This document shows positions 1 through 12,362 of a stretch of DNA of 64,000 nt, one piece after another. This DNA comes from Chiloscyllium plagiosum (taxonomy: Eukaryota): the NCBI RefSeq assembly GCF_004010195.1, contig NC_057718.1:63140225-63204224 (forward strand). Direction: 5' to 3'. The translations under genes were made by a program, and so were the position numbers. A model generated the notes under the pieces. The model ran no database searches. It was not told the origin of the DNA and worked only from the letters and a program-made list of their open reading frames with translations. Every line of letters starts with the position of its first letter. Positions within the stretch are counted from its first letter, which is position 1.

Positions 1-788
1 AAGGTGGAATTTGAATCCGTATCCCAGGGCATTAACATGGATTACCAGCCCAATTACATTTCTACTATGTCACTGCATCCCTTTGGTTTAAAAATGTTCC
101 TGTGAAGCCACTAGGTCACATCCAGTATTTTAAAGAGGCACGACATAGTTGACCAACTATCTTTTGAGAAGCTTACACATTCCACTTCCATCCGCTCCCC
201 TTTATCCGTCTGACTCGATACATTTGCCTTTGTTAAATTATTTTTGTTTTTGATCATACTATGACTTTTTTAAGTGGATTTCTTAATTATAATTTCAGCA
301 ATTTCTGATGTTTAATTTCAGGCTAACTGGTCTATACTTCCCTGATTTCTCTTGTTTTTTTAAATTAGTAGTGTTTAATATAATTACTTTTAAAACAACT
401 GGGCCTTTCAGCAACTTTGGGGAATCAGACCAGTGCATATACCAATCACAGAAACTCCCTCTTACAGAATCTTAGGACATGTGTCAACAAGTCCATGTGA
501 TTTGTCAGATTTTAATGTTCAGATTTCTCTCTCCTATCAGCTCCATGGTTACCTTCGCGATCTGGGTATGAAATTTCTGTCTTCTAAAATAACAAAATAT
601 AGGTTCAACATGTCTGACATTATTTACCTTGTCTCCTGTTGTGAAAAAAACAGATACACTCACACAATGTGTGTTTATATTCCAGATTAGTTTGCTCTTG
701 ATACATGCCCACCCAACAAAGCCCATATGACCAGAACAATTTAAAATTTTTTTAAAATGTAAGCCTCTTTTGATATATTATCATACTT

Positions 789-791
<3 letters not shown>

Positions 792-829
<38 letters not shown>
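792..829. repeat. (GA)n microsatellite
   Basis: About 19 GA units just inside the intron after exon 10. Confidence 0.95.
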
Positions 830-835
<6 letters not shown>

Positions 836-846
836 GATTAACATAC

Positions 847-975
847 CTGTTTCAGTTGTATCATTGTTAGTGTAAACAGAGTAACAAACTGCTCTTCATA
901 CTGGCTGACACTCACTCCAGCAATCTCTGTCAGGCACTTCAGAGTCACATTTCTGAACATAGGCACATTCAGAAA
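847..975 (-). CDS. XPO1: Exportin-1 coding exon (exon 10 by human numbering), FLNVPMFRNVTLKCLTEIAGVSVSQYEEQFVTLFTLTMIQLKQ
   Basis: 129 nt, AG at 976-977 and GT at 845-846 (minus); translation matches vertebrate CRM1. Downstream exons lie outside the window. Confidence 0.97.
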
Positions 976-1069
976 CTAAAACACAAAAGCCGTATGTTAT
1001 TTAAATGTTCTTACCTAGACTAGCTTAAAAGAGGTTTCTACAAAACCTGAAAATAAAGAATGCACATAC

Positions 1070-1189
1070 CTTATATATCAGTGTACTGATCAATTTTGTT
1101 TCAAAGATATATCCAAGTGGAATCCAGTTCAAGAATCTCAACAATGTTTCCAAGGTAGCTTGAACAAGTGGAGCATTTTGAGAGTTTTC
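1070..1189 (-). CDS. XPO1: Exportin-1 exon 9, ENSQNAPLVQATLETLLRFLNWIPLGYIFETKLISTLIYK
   Basis: 120 nt, canonical AG/GT, phase 0-0, recognisable CRM1 sequence. Confidence 0.97.
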
Positions 1190-1267
1190 CTACAATGGAA
1201 AATAGTTTGTTGAAATCTACCTAAATTAGCAAAACTGCCAGATTTAAAAATTAAATGACTTATTTAC

Positions 1268-1316
1268 CATGACAAACTGGCACAGCTGGAATATCTGAGA
1301 GAATTCATTGCACATG
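1268..1316 (-). CDS. XPO1: Exportin-1 exon 8, (S)MCNEFSQIFQLCQFVM
   Basis: 49 nt, AG/GT, phase 2-0 completes the split codon from exon 7. Confidence 0.97.
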
Positions 1317-1413
1317 CTGCAAAGAAAGAACAAGTTATATTTATGTATGAGAATAAGTTAAGAATATTGTTGGACCAAAGTTGACTTAAATGAAGTACAA
1401 GTCCAGATTATAC

Positions 1414-1595
1414 CTGTCCTTCAAATGCTTTGCTTTAACCTGGGTCATCTGTCCACTGGAGAAATCAAACACTTCCTCACTCAGCAATTTAAGAATAATC
1501 ATGTTGTTCTGGCACAAGCTCTCACTGGTTCTACTTGCACCAACAATGTCACTGATGAATGTGGGCCAATGTTTTGGCCACTCCTGCTTCAGTAT
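1414..1595 (-). CDS. XPO1: Exportin-1 exon 7, [60 protein letters not shown](S)
   Basis: 182 nt, AG/GT; lies in ORF 1386..1625; hallmark CRM1 sequence. Confidence 0.98.
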
Positions 1596-1890
1596 CTGTG
1601 TAAATAATGATACCAAATTATGCATTTACTGCAAAATTAAACATCGAAAAGAAGGACAGTTAACATTTTCCTCTGTCAGTTAATACAGCTAGTCAACCTG
1701 AAGACAATAAAAAGATCGACGTTCTATAGGTTATAATTCTGATCAAATTGTCGTCTGTCTACAAGTGCAGAATCCCCATTAACAGGTAGTTTAAAAAAAA
1801 GCTATATAGCTTCGCTATCCCTTGCAATCATTGCCCTCCACTCAAATCTCAGGAGAAGCTAGCTTTAATGTCATTTAAACACTAATCAAT

Positions 1891-2005
1891 TTAGATTAGA
1901 TTACATTCCCTAGTGCGGAAACAGGCCCTTCGACCCAACTAGCCCACACCGACCCATTTCCCTCTGACTAATGCATCTAGCACTATGGGCAATTTAGCAT
2001 GTCCA
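1891..2005 (-). mobile_element. HE1-type SINE 3' fragment
   Basis: Matches the tail of the full copies at 22875 and 35317 (ttagattagatt...ggaaacaggccc...gggcaatttagcat). Confidence 0.7.
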
Positions 2006-3961
2006 TTTAATTTAGCGAGTTTTTTTTTGGAAGCTCTTGTACTAATATCTCTACTCAGTACGGATAATGCAATCTATTCCAGAAGTAAAATAAGTCTATA
2101 TTGAAAAATCCAGACAGTGCAATGATTTTGGTATGTTAAAAGATTGCATTGCATGCGAATACAATTTCTATTGCTGCCTTGTTTTATTTCTAACAAAGCA
2201 GCTGAATTTGTTTTGAATGAAGAGAATCTGGATGGGTCTCCTGTGAACTGAATCTACAGCCAGTTGTCACCAAGACATCATCTTCAGAAACTGCAACACT
2301 GTGAAAGAAATGTACTAGTCCATGTGAGAGTGTAACTTGAATTCTAGTTTGTTTTAATAACATTTCATGTGCCAAGTTTCCAATTATAAAATTTGAAGCT
2401 ACATTTTTGGCAATATAGTTTCCTTTCACACCCTAATTTTTGTTTAGTGTGACCACTGCAAATACACAATAGACAATAGGTGCAGGAGTAGGCCATTCTG
2501 CCCTTGGAGCCTGCACCACACAAATTGACTTTTATTCCATAAACTTAAAAATATTCAGGGTGATTTGATCTAATTTTTCAAGATAATACGGTGAATTGTT
2601 CAGGTTAATTGGTAGAAACTATTTCTGATTGGGACATCAACAAGGAGAGCATAGCCTAAAATTTAGAACCAGACCTTTCAGGTGAATTTAGGAAGCATTT
2701 CCATATGCCGTGATTGAGGTTTGGAATTCTTGCTTACAGATAACAGTTTGATACAAAGTCAATTGTTAGTTTTTAAGTCTGAGTTGATTTTTGTTAAGAA
2801 AAGGTTTAGGGAAATTGTGAGTATATGGAGTTAGGTTACAAATTGGCCTTTGATTTCACTGGAATTAAAGGGATTAACTGGCTTACTCCTCTTCAAGTGT
2901 TCTTTAAAAAGTCACAGGTATTCAGAAATTAATGAGATGTGGGGTCAGAATTAAATGTATGGTTTAGTTACTGCTCATGCATTTCAGCTGATTCCTAATG
3001 CAACTTGCCAAACTGGTGGTTTGGGTAAATTCTACATCAGCATTTGTTCTTCATGTTAAAGAACAGCTAAATTCCCACATTTACAACATTTAAAAGGCAT
3101 TTGGACAATGCATGGAGAGGAAAGGTTTAGAAGGATATGGGCTAATTGCAGAGAAATGGGGTTAGTGTGGCTGGTCACTTTGGTCGACATGGACCAGTTT
3201 GGGCCAACAGGGCCTGTTTCCATGCTGCAGGACTCTGAGTCAGATATTTAGCAGACAGTATATTCACTAAAGGTCAACACATATAGTGTGTTAACACTAA
3301 GTTCGCCTTTCAAGAAACACCATTCTGTCTATAAGGAATGAGACCCCAATTAAAATATATATTAGAGTTAGAGAACAGTCTGCTGCTCACCCTTCTTTTT
3401 AGATTGCAAAGTCAGGGTTAGAGAGTTTCCAACCAGCAATGTGCAGATACTTATTATTCAATTGTACATTACACCCACTTCCTCCCATTTTGGCAAAAAA
3501 GTTCAATTCTATGTGGGAAGAGGTGTCTTTGTTTTGCACCAACCTGAAAAGATTCAACAGGAAAATAAAACCACCAATTTACAATCAGAACAAATTTCAA
3601 ATTTTTAATTTCAGAGTACAGAACCTTCTTGTCCCCTGGTAAAAACATTCAAAACCCAAGAGATAGTAGTACCGGAGAGCAAAATAATTCTTGACATCTC
3701 TCTTGGGGTACGGAGCACAAAAAGGACAGAATGATCAAGATAAGAGGTGTGTTCAATTTGTAGCCTAGGTTTACATCTTATGAACATGAAGGGCATTGAA
3801 CAAACAATATCCCGTGCCCTAGTATAACTCCAGAATCTTATGCTAAAGTAAAAAATAAATTAGAAATCAATTGAGAAACAAAATAAGCACAAAGTTTGTG
3901 CGAAGATTTGTAGCTCGGGTGCTCGTTGTTGTGGTTCTGTTCGCCGAGCTAGAAGTTTTTG

Positions 3962-4006
3962 TTGCAAACGTTTCGTTCCCTAGCTAGGCGACATCATCAG
4001 TGCTTG
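3962..4006 (-). ncRNA. Minimal type I hammerhead ribozyme motif (Penelope type)
   Basis: GCA CTGATGA TGTCGCCTAGCTAGGGAAC GAAA CG TT TGC: core boxes, GCA/TGC stem I, palindromic ACGT stem III. Confidence 0.7.
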
Positions 4007-5245
4007 GGAGCCTCCTGCGAAGCGCTTCTTTGATGTTTCCTCCGGTGTTTATAGTGGTCTGTCCCTGCTGCTTCTGGTTGTCAGTTTCAGCTGTCCGCTG
4101 TAGTGGTTGGTATATTGGGTCCAGGTCGATGTGTTTGTTGATGGAGTTTGTGGATGAATGCCATGCCTCTAGGAATTCCCTGGCTGTTCTCTGTCTGGCT
4201 TGCCCTATGATAGTAGTGTTGTCCCAGTCGAATTCATGTTGCTTGTTGTCTGCGTGTGTGGCTACTAAGGATAGCTGGTCGTATCGTTTCGTGGCTAGTT
4301 GATGTTCATGTATGCAGATTGTTAGCGGTTTTCCTTTTGTCCTATATAGTGTTTTGTGCAGTCCTTGCATGGTATTTTGTACACTACATTAGTTTTGCTC
4401 ATGTTGGGTATCAGGTCCTTCGTTCTGGTGGGTTATTGTCTGAGCGTGGCTGTTGGTTTGTGTGCCATTGTGAGTCCTAGGGGTCGCAGTAGTCTGGCTG
4501 TCAGTTCTGAGATGCTCCTGATGTATGGTAGTGTGGCTAGTCCTTTTGGTTGTGGTATGTCCTCGTTCCGTGGTCTTTCTCTTAGGCATCTGTTGATGAA
4601 GTTGCGCGGTATCCCGTTTTTGGCGAATACCTTGTATAATACCCGCGCAACTTCATCAACAGATGCCTAAGAGAAAGACCACGGAACGAGGACAAACCAC
4701 AACCAAAAGGACTAGCCACACTACCATACATCAGGAGCATCTCAGAACTGACAGCCAGACTACTGCGACCCCTAGGACTCATAACGGCACACAAACCAAC
4801 AGCCACGCTCAGACAACAACTCAACAGAACGAAGGACCCGATACCCAACATGAGCAAAACCAATGTAGTGTACAAAATACCATGCAAGGAATGCACAAAA
4901 CACTATATAGGACAAAAGGAAAACCGCTAACAATCTGCATACATGAACATCAACTAGCCACGAAACGACACGACCAACTATCCTTAGTAGCCACACACGC
5001 AGACAACAAGCAACATGAATTCGACTGGGACAACACTACTATCATAGGGCAAGCCAGACAGAGAACAGCCAGGGAATTCCTAGAGGCATGGCATTCATCC
5101 ACAAACTCCATCAACAAACACATCGACCTGGACCCAATATACCAACCACTACAGCGGACAGCTGAAACTGACAACCGGAAGCGGCAGGGACAGACCACTA
5201 TAAACACCGGAGGAAACATCAAAGAAGCGCTTCGCAGGAGGCTCC

Positions 5246-5290
5246 CAAGCACTGATGATGTCGCCTAGCCAGGGAACGAAACGTTTGCAA
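5246..5290 (+). ncRNA. Minimal type I hammerhead ribozyme motif (Penelope type)
   Basis: CTGATGA 5252-5258, GAAA 5278-5281, followed by CGTTTGC; mirror copy of 3962-4006. Confidence 0.7.
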
Positions 5291-5434
5291 CAAAAACTTC
5301 CAGCTCGGCGAACAGAACCACAATAAAATAAGCTAACAAGTTTATTTTCAATAAAAACTTTGATACAAATTTAGAAATACAAACACATCTAAAAGAACTA
5401 AGTGAATCTACTCACAAACCATCTTGAATCTCAC

Positions 5435-5479
5435 CTGAACCAAAATCATATTTAGTTTTCCAATGTAAACCTTCTCCTT
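5435..5479 (-). CDS. XPO1: Exportin-1 exon 6, KEKVYIGKLNMILVQ
   Basis: 45 nt, ttttag acceptor, CAG|gtgaga donor. Confidence 0.96.
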
Positions 5480-5561
5480 CTAAAACAAAAAGAAACAACT
5501 CAGTAAACAATTATGGACTGAATCCAGAAAATCTGCATAATACAATTTAGCGAAAACTTAC

Positions 5562-5623
5562 CTCAATGTTAACAGGATCAGATGAAGTTTTTATAATCAA
5601 TCCAACAACGTATTTTTTAATGC
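5562..5623 (-). CDS. XPO1: Exportin-1 exon 5, (G)IKKYVVGLIIKTSSDPVNIE
   Basis: 62 nt, AG acceptor, GAG|gtaagt donor, phase 1-0. Confidence 0.96.
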
Positions 5624-5985
5624 CTAGATGCAATGGAAAAGGAACAATAAAGTCGATAAGTGACATAGGTGGTTCATTTATTAGTAGCAATTACATTTGA
5701 CTTTAAAAGATGAAAATATTAAACACCTAATCAACATACTATTTCTTAAAAGCTGCACGTCCTATATTCAAGAGCTCAAATTTGCAACACAACAGTGATC
5801 TATTTTCACATGCTTAGTACCAATTAGAGCTGGAAAGAGAAATAATGCTGGAGAAACTCAGCACGTCTGACAGCCGCTGTGGAGAGAGAAACAGAATTAA
5901 CACTGCAAGTCAAGTATGACTCTTCTTTAGAACAGGGGAGACTTTACTTCCATAAAATTGGACATTGGAGTAAACGAATTACTCA

Positions 5986-7527
5986 AACCCTCTCCGTGAA
6001 AATGTTGCCCCTTAGGTCTCTTTTATATCTTTCCCCTCTCACCCTAAACCTATGCCCTCTAGTTCTGGACTCCCCGACTCCAGGGAAAAGACTTTGCCTA
6101 TTTACCCTATCCATGCCCATCATAATTTTGTAAACCTCTATAAGGTCACCTCTCAGCCTCTGACGCTCCAGGGAAAACAGCCTCAGTTGTTCAGCCTCTC
6201 CCTGTAGTTCAAATCCTCTAACCATGGCAACATGCTTGTAAATCTTTACTGAACCCTTTCAAGTTTCACAACATCTTTCCGATAGGAAGGAGACCAGAAT
6301 TGCACGCAATATTCCAACAGTGGCCTAACCAATGTCCTGTACAGCCGCAACATGACCTCCCAACTCCTGTACTCAATACTCTGACCAATAANNNNNNNNN
6401 NNNNNNNNNNNNNNNNNNNNNNNNNNNNNNNNNNNNNNNNNNNNNNNNNNNNNNNNNNNNNNNNNNNNNNNNNNNNNNNNNNNNNNNNNNNNNNNNNNNN
6501 NNNNNNNNNNNNNNNNNNNNNNNNNNNNNNNNNNNNNNNNNNNNNNNNNNNNNNNNNNNNNNNNNNNNNNNNNNNNNNNNNNNNNNNNNNNNNNNNNNNN
6601 NNNNNNNNNNNNNNNNNNNNNNNNNNNNNNNNNNNNNNNNNNNNNNNNNNNNNNNNNNNNNNNNNNNNNNNNNNNNNNNNNNNNNNNNNNNNNNNNNNNN
6701 NNNNNNNNNNNNNNNNNNNNNNNNNNNNNNNNNNNNNNNNNNNNNNNNNNNNNNNNNNNNNNNNNNNNNNNNNNNNNNNNNNNNNNNNNNNNNNNNNNNN
6801 NNNNNNNNNNNNNNNNNNNNNNNNNNNNNNNNNNNNNNNNNNNNNNNNNNNNNNNNNNNNNNNNNNNNNNNNNNNNNNNNNNNNNNNNNNNNNNNNNNNN
6901 NNNNNNNNNNNNNNNNNNNNNNNNNNNNNNNNNNNNNNNNNNNNNNNNNNNNNNNNNNNNNNNNNNNNNNNNNNNNNNNNNNNNNNNNNNNNNNNNNNNN
7001 NNNNNNNNNNNNNNNNNNNNNNNNNNNGGTCAGGTCCTGGGGATTTATCCACCTTTAACCGTTTCAAGACATCCAGCACTTCCTCCTCTGTAATCTGGAC
7101 ATTTTGCAAGATGTCACCATCTATTTCCCTACAGTCTATATCTTCCATATCCTTTTCCACAGTAAATACTGATGCAAAATATTCATTTAGTATCTCCCCC
7201 ATTTTCTGTGACTCCACACAAGGCCGCCTTGCTGATCTTTGAAGTGCCCTATTCTCTTCCCTAGTTACCTTTTTGTCTTTAATATATTTGTAAAAACCCT
7301 ATGGATTCTCCTTAATTCTATTTGCCAAAGCTATCTCATGTCCCCTATTTGCCCTCCTGATTTCCCTCTTAGTATACTCCTACTTTCTTTACACTCTAAG
7401 GATTCACTCGATCTATCCTGTCTATACCTGACATATGCTTCCTTCTTTTTCTTAACCAAACCCTCAATTTCTTTAGTCATCCAGCATTCTGTATACCTAC
7501 CAGCATTCCCTTTCACCCTGACAGGGT
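5986..7527 (-). mobile_element. HER1/CR1 LINE ORF2 fragment spanning an N gap
   Basis: ILNEYFASVFT, KSPGPD, LVRPLLEYCVQFWSP, RLRGDLIEVYKI, TRGH motifs. Confidence 0.9.
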
Positions 7528-9772
7528 CCTAGGTATTAACTCAAGACATACTACTATTCCAGATATGTAACAGAGGGGACTGATTTGAACATGCATTTCC
7601 ACTGCTGTTTAAGGTCAATGCTATTACACTTATACAACTCTTCCTTGAGAAAGTTTTTTTCCCTGCCTGGTTGATACTATGAAACTACAATACTAAAAAA
7701 AAATCCTGTTTTGTTAAGAGCTTCCAGCTCTCAGAGGCAGCTTCAGGCCAATCCAAATCCAACATAATCATATTTGACAGCTGTGAAAAATTGCACTACA
7801 GGAAATGAGACAACCCACAACATCCTTAAAGAAAAAGTCAACTCCACCTCTTGGTGTTAGTGGATCCTTTAAAAATTACCAAGATCCAAATCCACAGCTT
7901 TACTGAAACAAATCAGTTCTGCCTTGAGTCACACCAGGTGTACCCAGTTTTGTTGAAATCTATCTGTAAGGTATATATTGGTTAACAAACAAGGGCAAAA
8001 ACATTACCTCTGCCCATTTTCAGTGGCAAGGGAGGGGGATAGTATACCATAGTCTCAGCATTTTACAGCATTCTGAACATTGGATCCATCGATCTTCACA
8101 CTTTAGACAAATTTAACAATCACCTTAACAGGTCATAGCTAAGAATGACATCTACCTATGTGAAGCTGCATATTTAAGTTCAAGCAGTGCATTCCATCCT
8201 GGCATATATTTAGAACCTCTTACAATAAACATATTTACAGTACAGGTAATGCAGTTCATACTCCCAATAGGTACATGGAAACATAAATAAGATTAGCATT
8301 GCTAAGGTTTTACAAACCCACAAAACAATCTAATTGCATAATAGTATACCTTTACTAATGGATTAAAATCAGGGGATTTCCTACCAAAATCATGGATGCA
8401 TCCTTAGCATACCAGTAGCAGCTCAAGACGGCTCACCATCACCTTTAAGGGCAATAATGAATTGCCAATAAGGCATGGTTTTGACACACTCACCCACATA
8501 TCAAGAATGATTAAAACAAAAATTCATTTGATTCCATTTTGACATGTACATTTTACAGTTTCCTCTGATGTCAGGGTGACTGCTCAGTTGACATTACCAG
8601 TGTTGCTCAAACCAAACAGCACCATAATTCATGGCTGAGAGGCTAGGTGCTCGGCTGAGCAAAGTGATCTCAGTTACAATTTTCATGCAGTGCTAGATTA
8701 TCTGGTCCTGAAAAGCTTTGCACAGCCATGGGCAAATGAAAGGATTAAATGGATAGCTGTTGCTAAGAGGAATCCTTCTCAGTTTTCATTCAATTAAAGC
8801 ATGACAATGGAATTCAGAAAGACTAACTACAATGAACTTCTCCTGGATATTAGATGTTGTTAATTAAGGCCAAATGATGCAACTTGGGATTGGTAACATC
8901 CTGGACTCCACAGTTTGCATCCAGTGTACGTTAAGATACACAGAGAAAATTGTGTAAGTGTGAGCTGGACCATAATCCTTTTAAACATTCTAAGCTTGCT
9001 TTGTGCCATTTCACAGCAAAATTATTCAAATATTTGGAAGGGTGGGAGAGCATGCATCCAAGCAACTGTTGGTCAGTCAGTTAATCAATTCTGTGGATAT
9101 AACTAGAATCTGTTAATGAGTATGTTGTATCTGGAAAATAGGCTACTGAACACCAAAGAGATTTAGGACTCTTTGGTACATGCAATAAGCTTAACCAAAA
9201 GGCTTTTACTTCAAAAGGGCTGCACTACAAAAAGGGAGGAAAAGGCAGTATGGATTGCCAAATCTACTGGAGCTTCATTCAGCTGCCATGTGAGCCTCAG
9301 GAGATATTGACCTAACAGAATAACACATTAATTAGAATAATACCATACTTAAGAGTTAGATGCGTATAGTTGCATAAATTTGGCTAGCATTCCCTTGAAC
9401 ATATACAATTAAGGAGTGGTCTAATTGAGGTAGCTAAAATGTTAAAAGGAGTCAGTATGTTAAACAAGAGAAAATATTCCCTGAAGAAAGGAATGCAGAG
9501 GGGACAAAATTTGAAATCCGCAACTCTACCCAAATCATACGGATTCTGGGACAAGCTGGGAGCTTTCAAAACTGAAGCCAACAAATTTTTATTAGGTGTC
9601 GATATCAATGAATATGGAGCTACAGCAGGTAAATTGAGGGAGCTATACAAAAATAATGATCGAAAAGAACAGTAAACACACAGGACAGTATATAGTTAAA
9701 TTGTGTACTGTCCTCAAGTTAGGAGAGGAAGTGGTTTCCATCTTAATGGAGATATTAATTACAGTAATTTAC

Positions 9773-9845
9773 CTTCACATTGATTTCTGGGCAGAATCTT
9801 CCATCTGGTTTTTATTACATTTTCCAAGATTTGCAGGGCATAGTA
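9773..9845 (-). CDS. XPO1: Exportin-1 exon 4, YYALQILENVIKTRWKILPRNQCE(G)
   Basis: 73 nt, tacag acceptor, AAG|gtaaat donor; importin-beta N-terminal domain. Confidence 0.97.
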
Positions 9846-12362
9846 CTGTAATTAGATAAAGGCAGTATGAAAAAAATTAATTTTCACACATTTAAAAATA
9901 GTATCAACCACATTCTCAAAATGCTTGTTTTCCATTTCTCTAATTTCTAATGAAAGTCTTTTCTGTTAATGTAAAAAATTTAAAGCAAAATCTGATGTAC
10001 TACAGTACTTTATGCTTGAGAATTAATATTTCATGCAATTGCTACAGCTATTTCATAAAGCTATAAATATTAAACTGTCAAGAAGTCCTGCTGTTGGTCA
10101 GGGCTCACACCAGCGAGAAATGCGGTAGGTATAGCTCAGCAGTACTAAGTCCCACAGTCTGAAGTTTCCAACAGTTTGTAAACAAAGCGCTCACTTATCC
10201 CCCTGGTGTTGCTCTTCATGAACAGCAAGACAACCCACAGAATTGTTTACATTGGAGATCTCAATTTCCCCAGATAACAGTACTAAGTTAGGATTCATAA
10301 ACATTTAAATCTTAGTTATCAGTTAATTTAAGTAACACCATATTTCAACCATAGGGATCAAATGATTAGTGAAACAATGAAACAAGTACAATATCAAAAA
10401 TGTTATATATTGCAATGCAAGTACAGCAATAGATTTGATTCTTTAAACATAAGCTTTTAAACAAAAAGCTGGACCAAGCATCAAGCACGTTTTTGAATTA
10501 CAGAATTAGCTCATCAGAAGCAAGTAATGTTAAATGATAAGATAATAAATTTTGAGACTTATTAAAAAGTAAAATTTTCTGGACATTTCTCTAAGACAGG
10601 CTAAGGTAGAAATTAAGATAGTTATATTAGGTTTCAAGTCTCATCGAGATTAATAGAGTGCAACATACTAAATAATGGTCCACCCCCCCATATCACCATG
10701 AATTTGAGTCATGCAACCCAGAGGGAAGTGGGCCACCATGCATCATTTACTGCAACATAGCCTAAGATCCAAACATTCACCTGACCAAGTTCAGTGAAGG
10801 AACAGTGCATGATGGCAAGGAGAGATTTAAACTTAAATATCCATTTGAATTAAGAAAAAAAAAAGGATTGTATAATTGTACTTGAACTGCACTGAAATTT
10901 GGATATATTAATTTGAATTCAATGTTTGGTGTACTTCAATTGTACAGGTTGTATCCTCACAATCTAAATCTTAAAATTTGTCATACTGCCAAAATCACAT
11001 CAGCAATCAAATTGGTTAGTAACTTGGCATCAGTTACAAACTTTGTGTAGTCTGGTTGCTTAATGTCAAGAATAAATCTATTGGCGAGTGAGTAAAAGAA
11101 TAGCAGAAATAAATAAATAGGACTACTGATCCCTACAGGAGAAATAATACACATTTATTCCCTATCTACTAATTCCTTCCCTTAAAACAAAATAACTGAT
11201 GAACAGAATGTAGTAAAAGGGAATCAAAAGGGGAGACCTTGTGGAGGCCTGCCGCCAAAGCCTAGCTGTGTCAGTTGCACAGGAAGACACCCCTTTTCTT
11301 CCTGTTACAATCAACATAATGGAATATTAAGATTAATGTCAAATAACATTAACAATTTGTATAAAAATCTAAAAATAAAGTGACGCATAAAACTGAATAA
11401 AGCCAAATATCAGCGCATAAAATTTAGCAATGATTTTAATTTTAGGTATTCAAGAAATTCTTTACCTTCAGTTTTGTCTGTTCCTCTAATCATCTCATTT
11501 GTCACAAGATACAATTTTGAGAGTTTTACAAATACTGTTGACAAATCGGCTTAAAAATTAGTAATAACTGTCAGTAACAAAGCAACGTAACAGGCAAGAA
11601 AACAAGGCAAACACCTGCATTTCATTTAGACCGAACTTTGAGGAAGTCCTAGATGTATTCAACATCAAGCTTAACTTTTGCAAAAATATTAAATAGAGCA
11701 GATCCCCTTCTAATTTTTTTATAAATCTTTGCCAATTCATTTGACAGGTATTAAAATTAGATCATTTAAAAGTACTGTTTTGTGCTAGACCCCCATGAGC
11801 AAATCACACAAAAAAGTGAAATAAAAATAAAATGCTGGAAATACTCAATGGGTCCGGTAATATCACTTTTAGCTATGATTTCCAGCATCTTCTCTATTCT
11901 TAGGAAAAAAAATGCATTTTCTTGGAAAATAAAATCAGTTAGTTCACTACAAATTACCCTTAAAAATCAATGAGTGGTGGTGCTGTGCTTCCAAACAAGA
12001 CAACTATTGGAAAAGATGATCCAAAATAAGCCTACATTCCACTGGATTGTTTGGCAAGAGTGAAGACTTTTTTCAGAACCCACACTGCTGTCCAGAATAT
12101 TATCAATACAATAGCTAATTATATTTTAGGTTCACTTCATACCTGTACAGCCAGTTTTCTGAGTTCAGAAACGGAAACAAAATGTATCTTAGCGCGATGG
12201 TACTTTTTTTTTAAAAAATGGCTCACACAACTGCTATGCTGCCATGCAAACATCTAAACCCCTTCAAACCTAGTACAAAAACAGCTTAAAATTTGCTAAA
12301 TTGTATTTCCCAAACATTTACCAAATTCAAGATTCAGAAGATTTCTTCAACATATCACTTAC

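Larger units (their letters stand above)
3889..5324. mobile_element. Penelope-like element, fold-back (inverted) 5'-truncated insertion with GIY-YIG endonuclease C-terminus
   Basis: Arms 3929-4612 and 4639-5323 are near-identical reverse complements; NVVYKIPC..YIG..EH..FDW..REFLEAWHS..SIN motifs; AAAATAAGC on both flanks (3880-3888, 5325-5333). Confidence 0.88.

Noticed and set aside
2050..2290. Intronic C/D snoRNA (GATGATG...CTGA on minus)
   Set aside because: Imperfect C box, boxes too far apart, no terminal stem
4663..5268. 201-aa ORF as a host gene
   Set aside because: Frameshifted Penelope endonuclease tail; the first half is off-frame
6246..7217. Long ORFs of 252-323 aa
   Set aside because: Artefacts of reading through the N gap in a HER1 LINE
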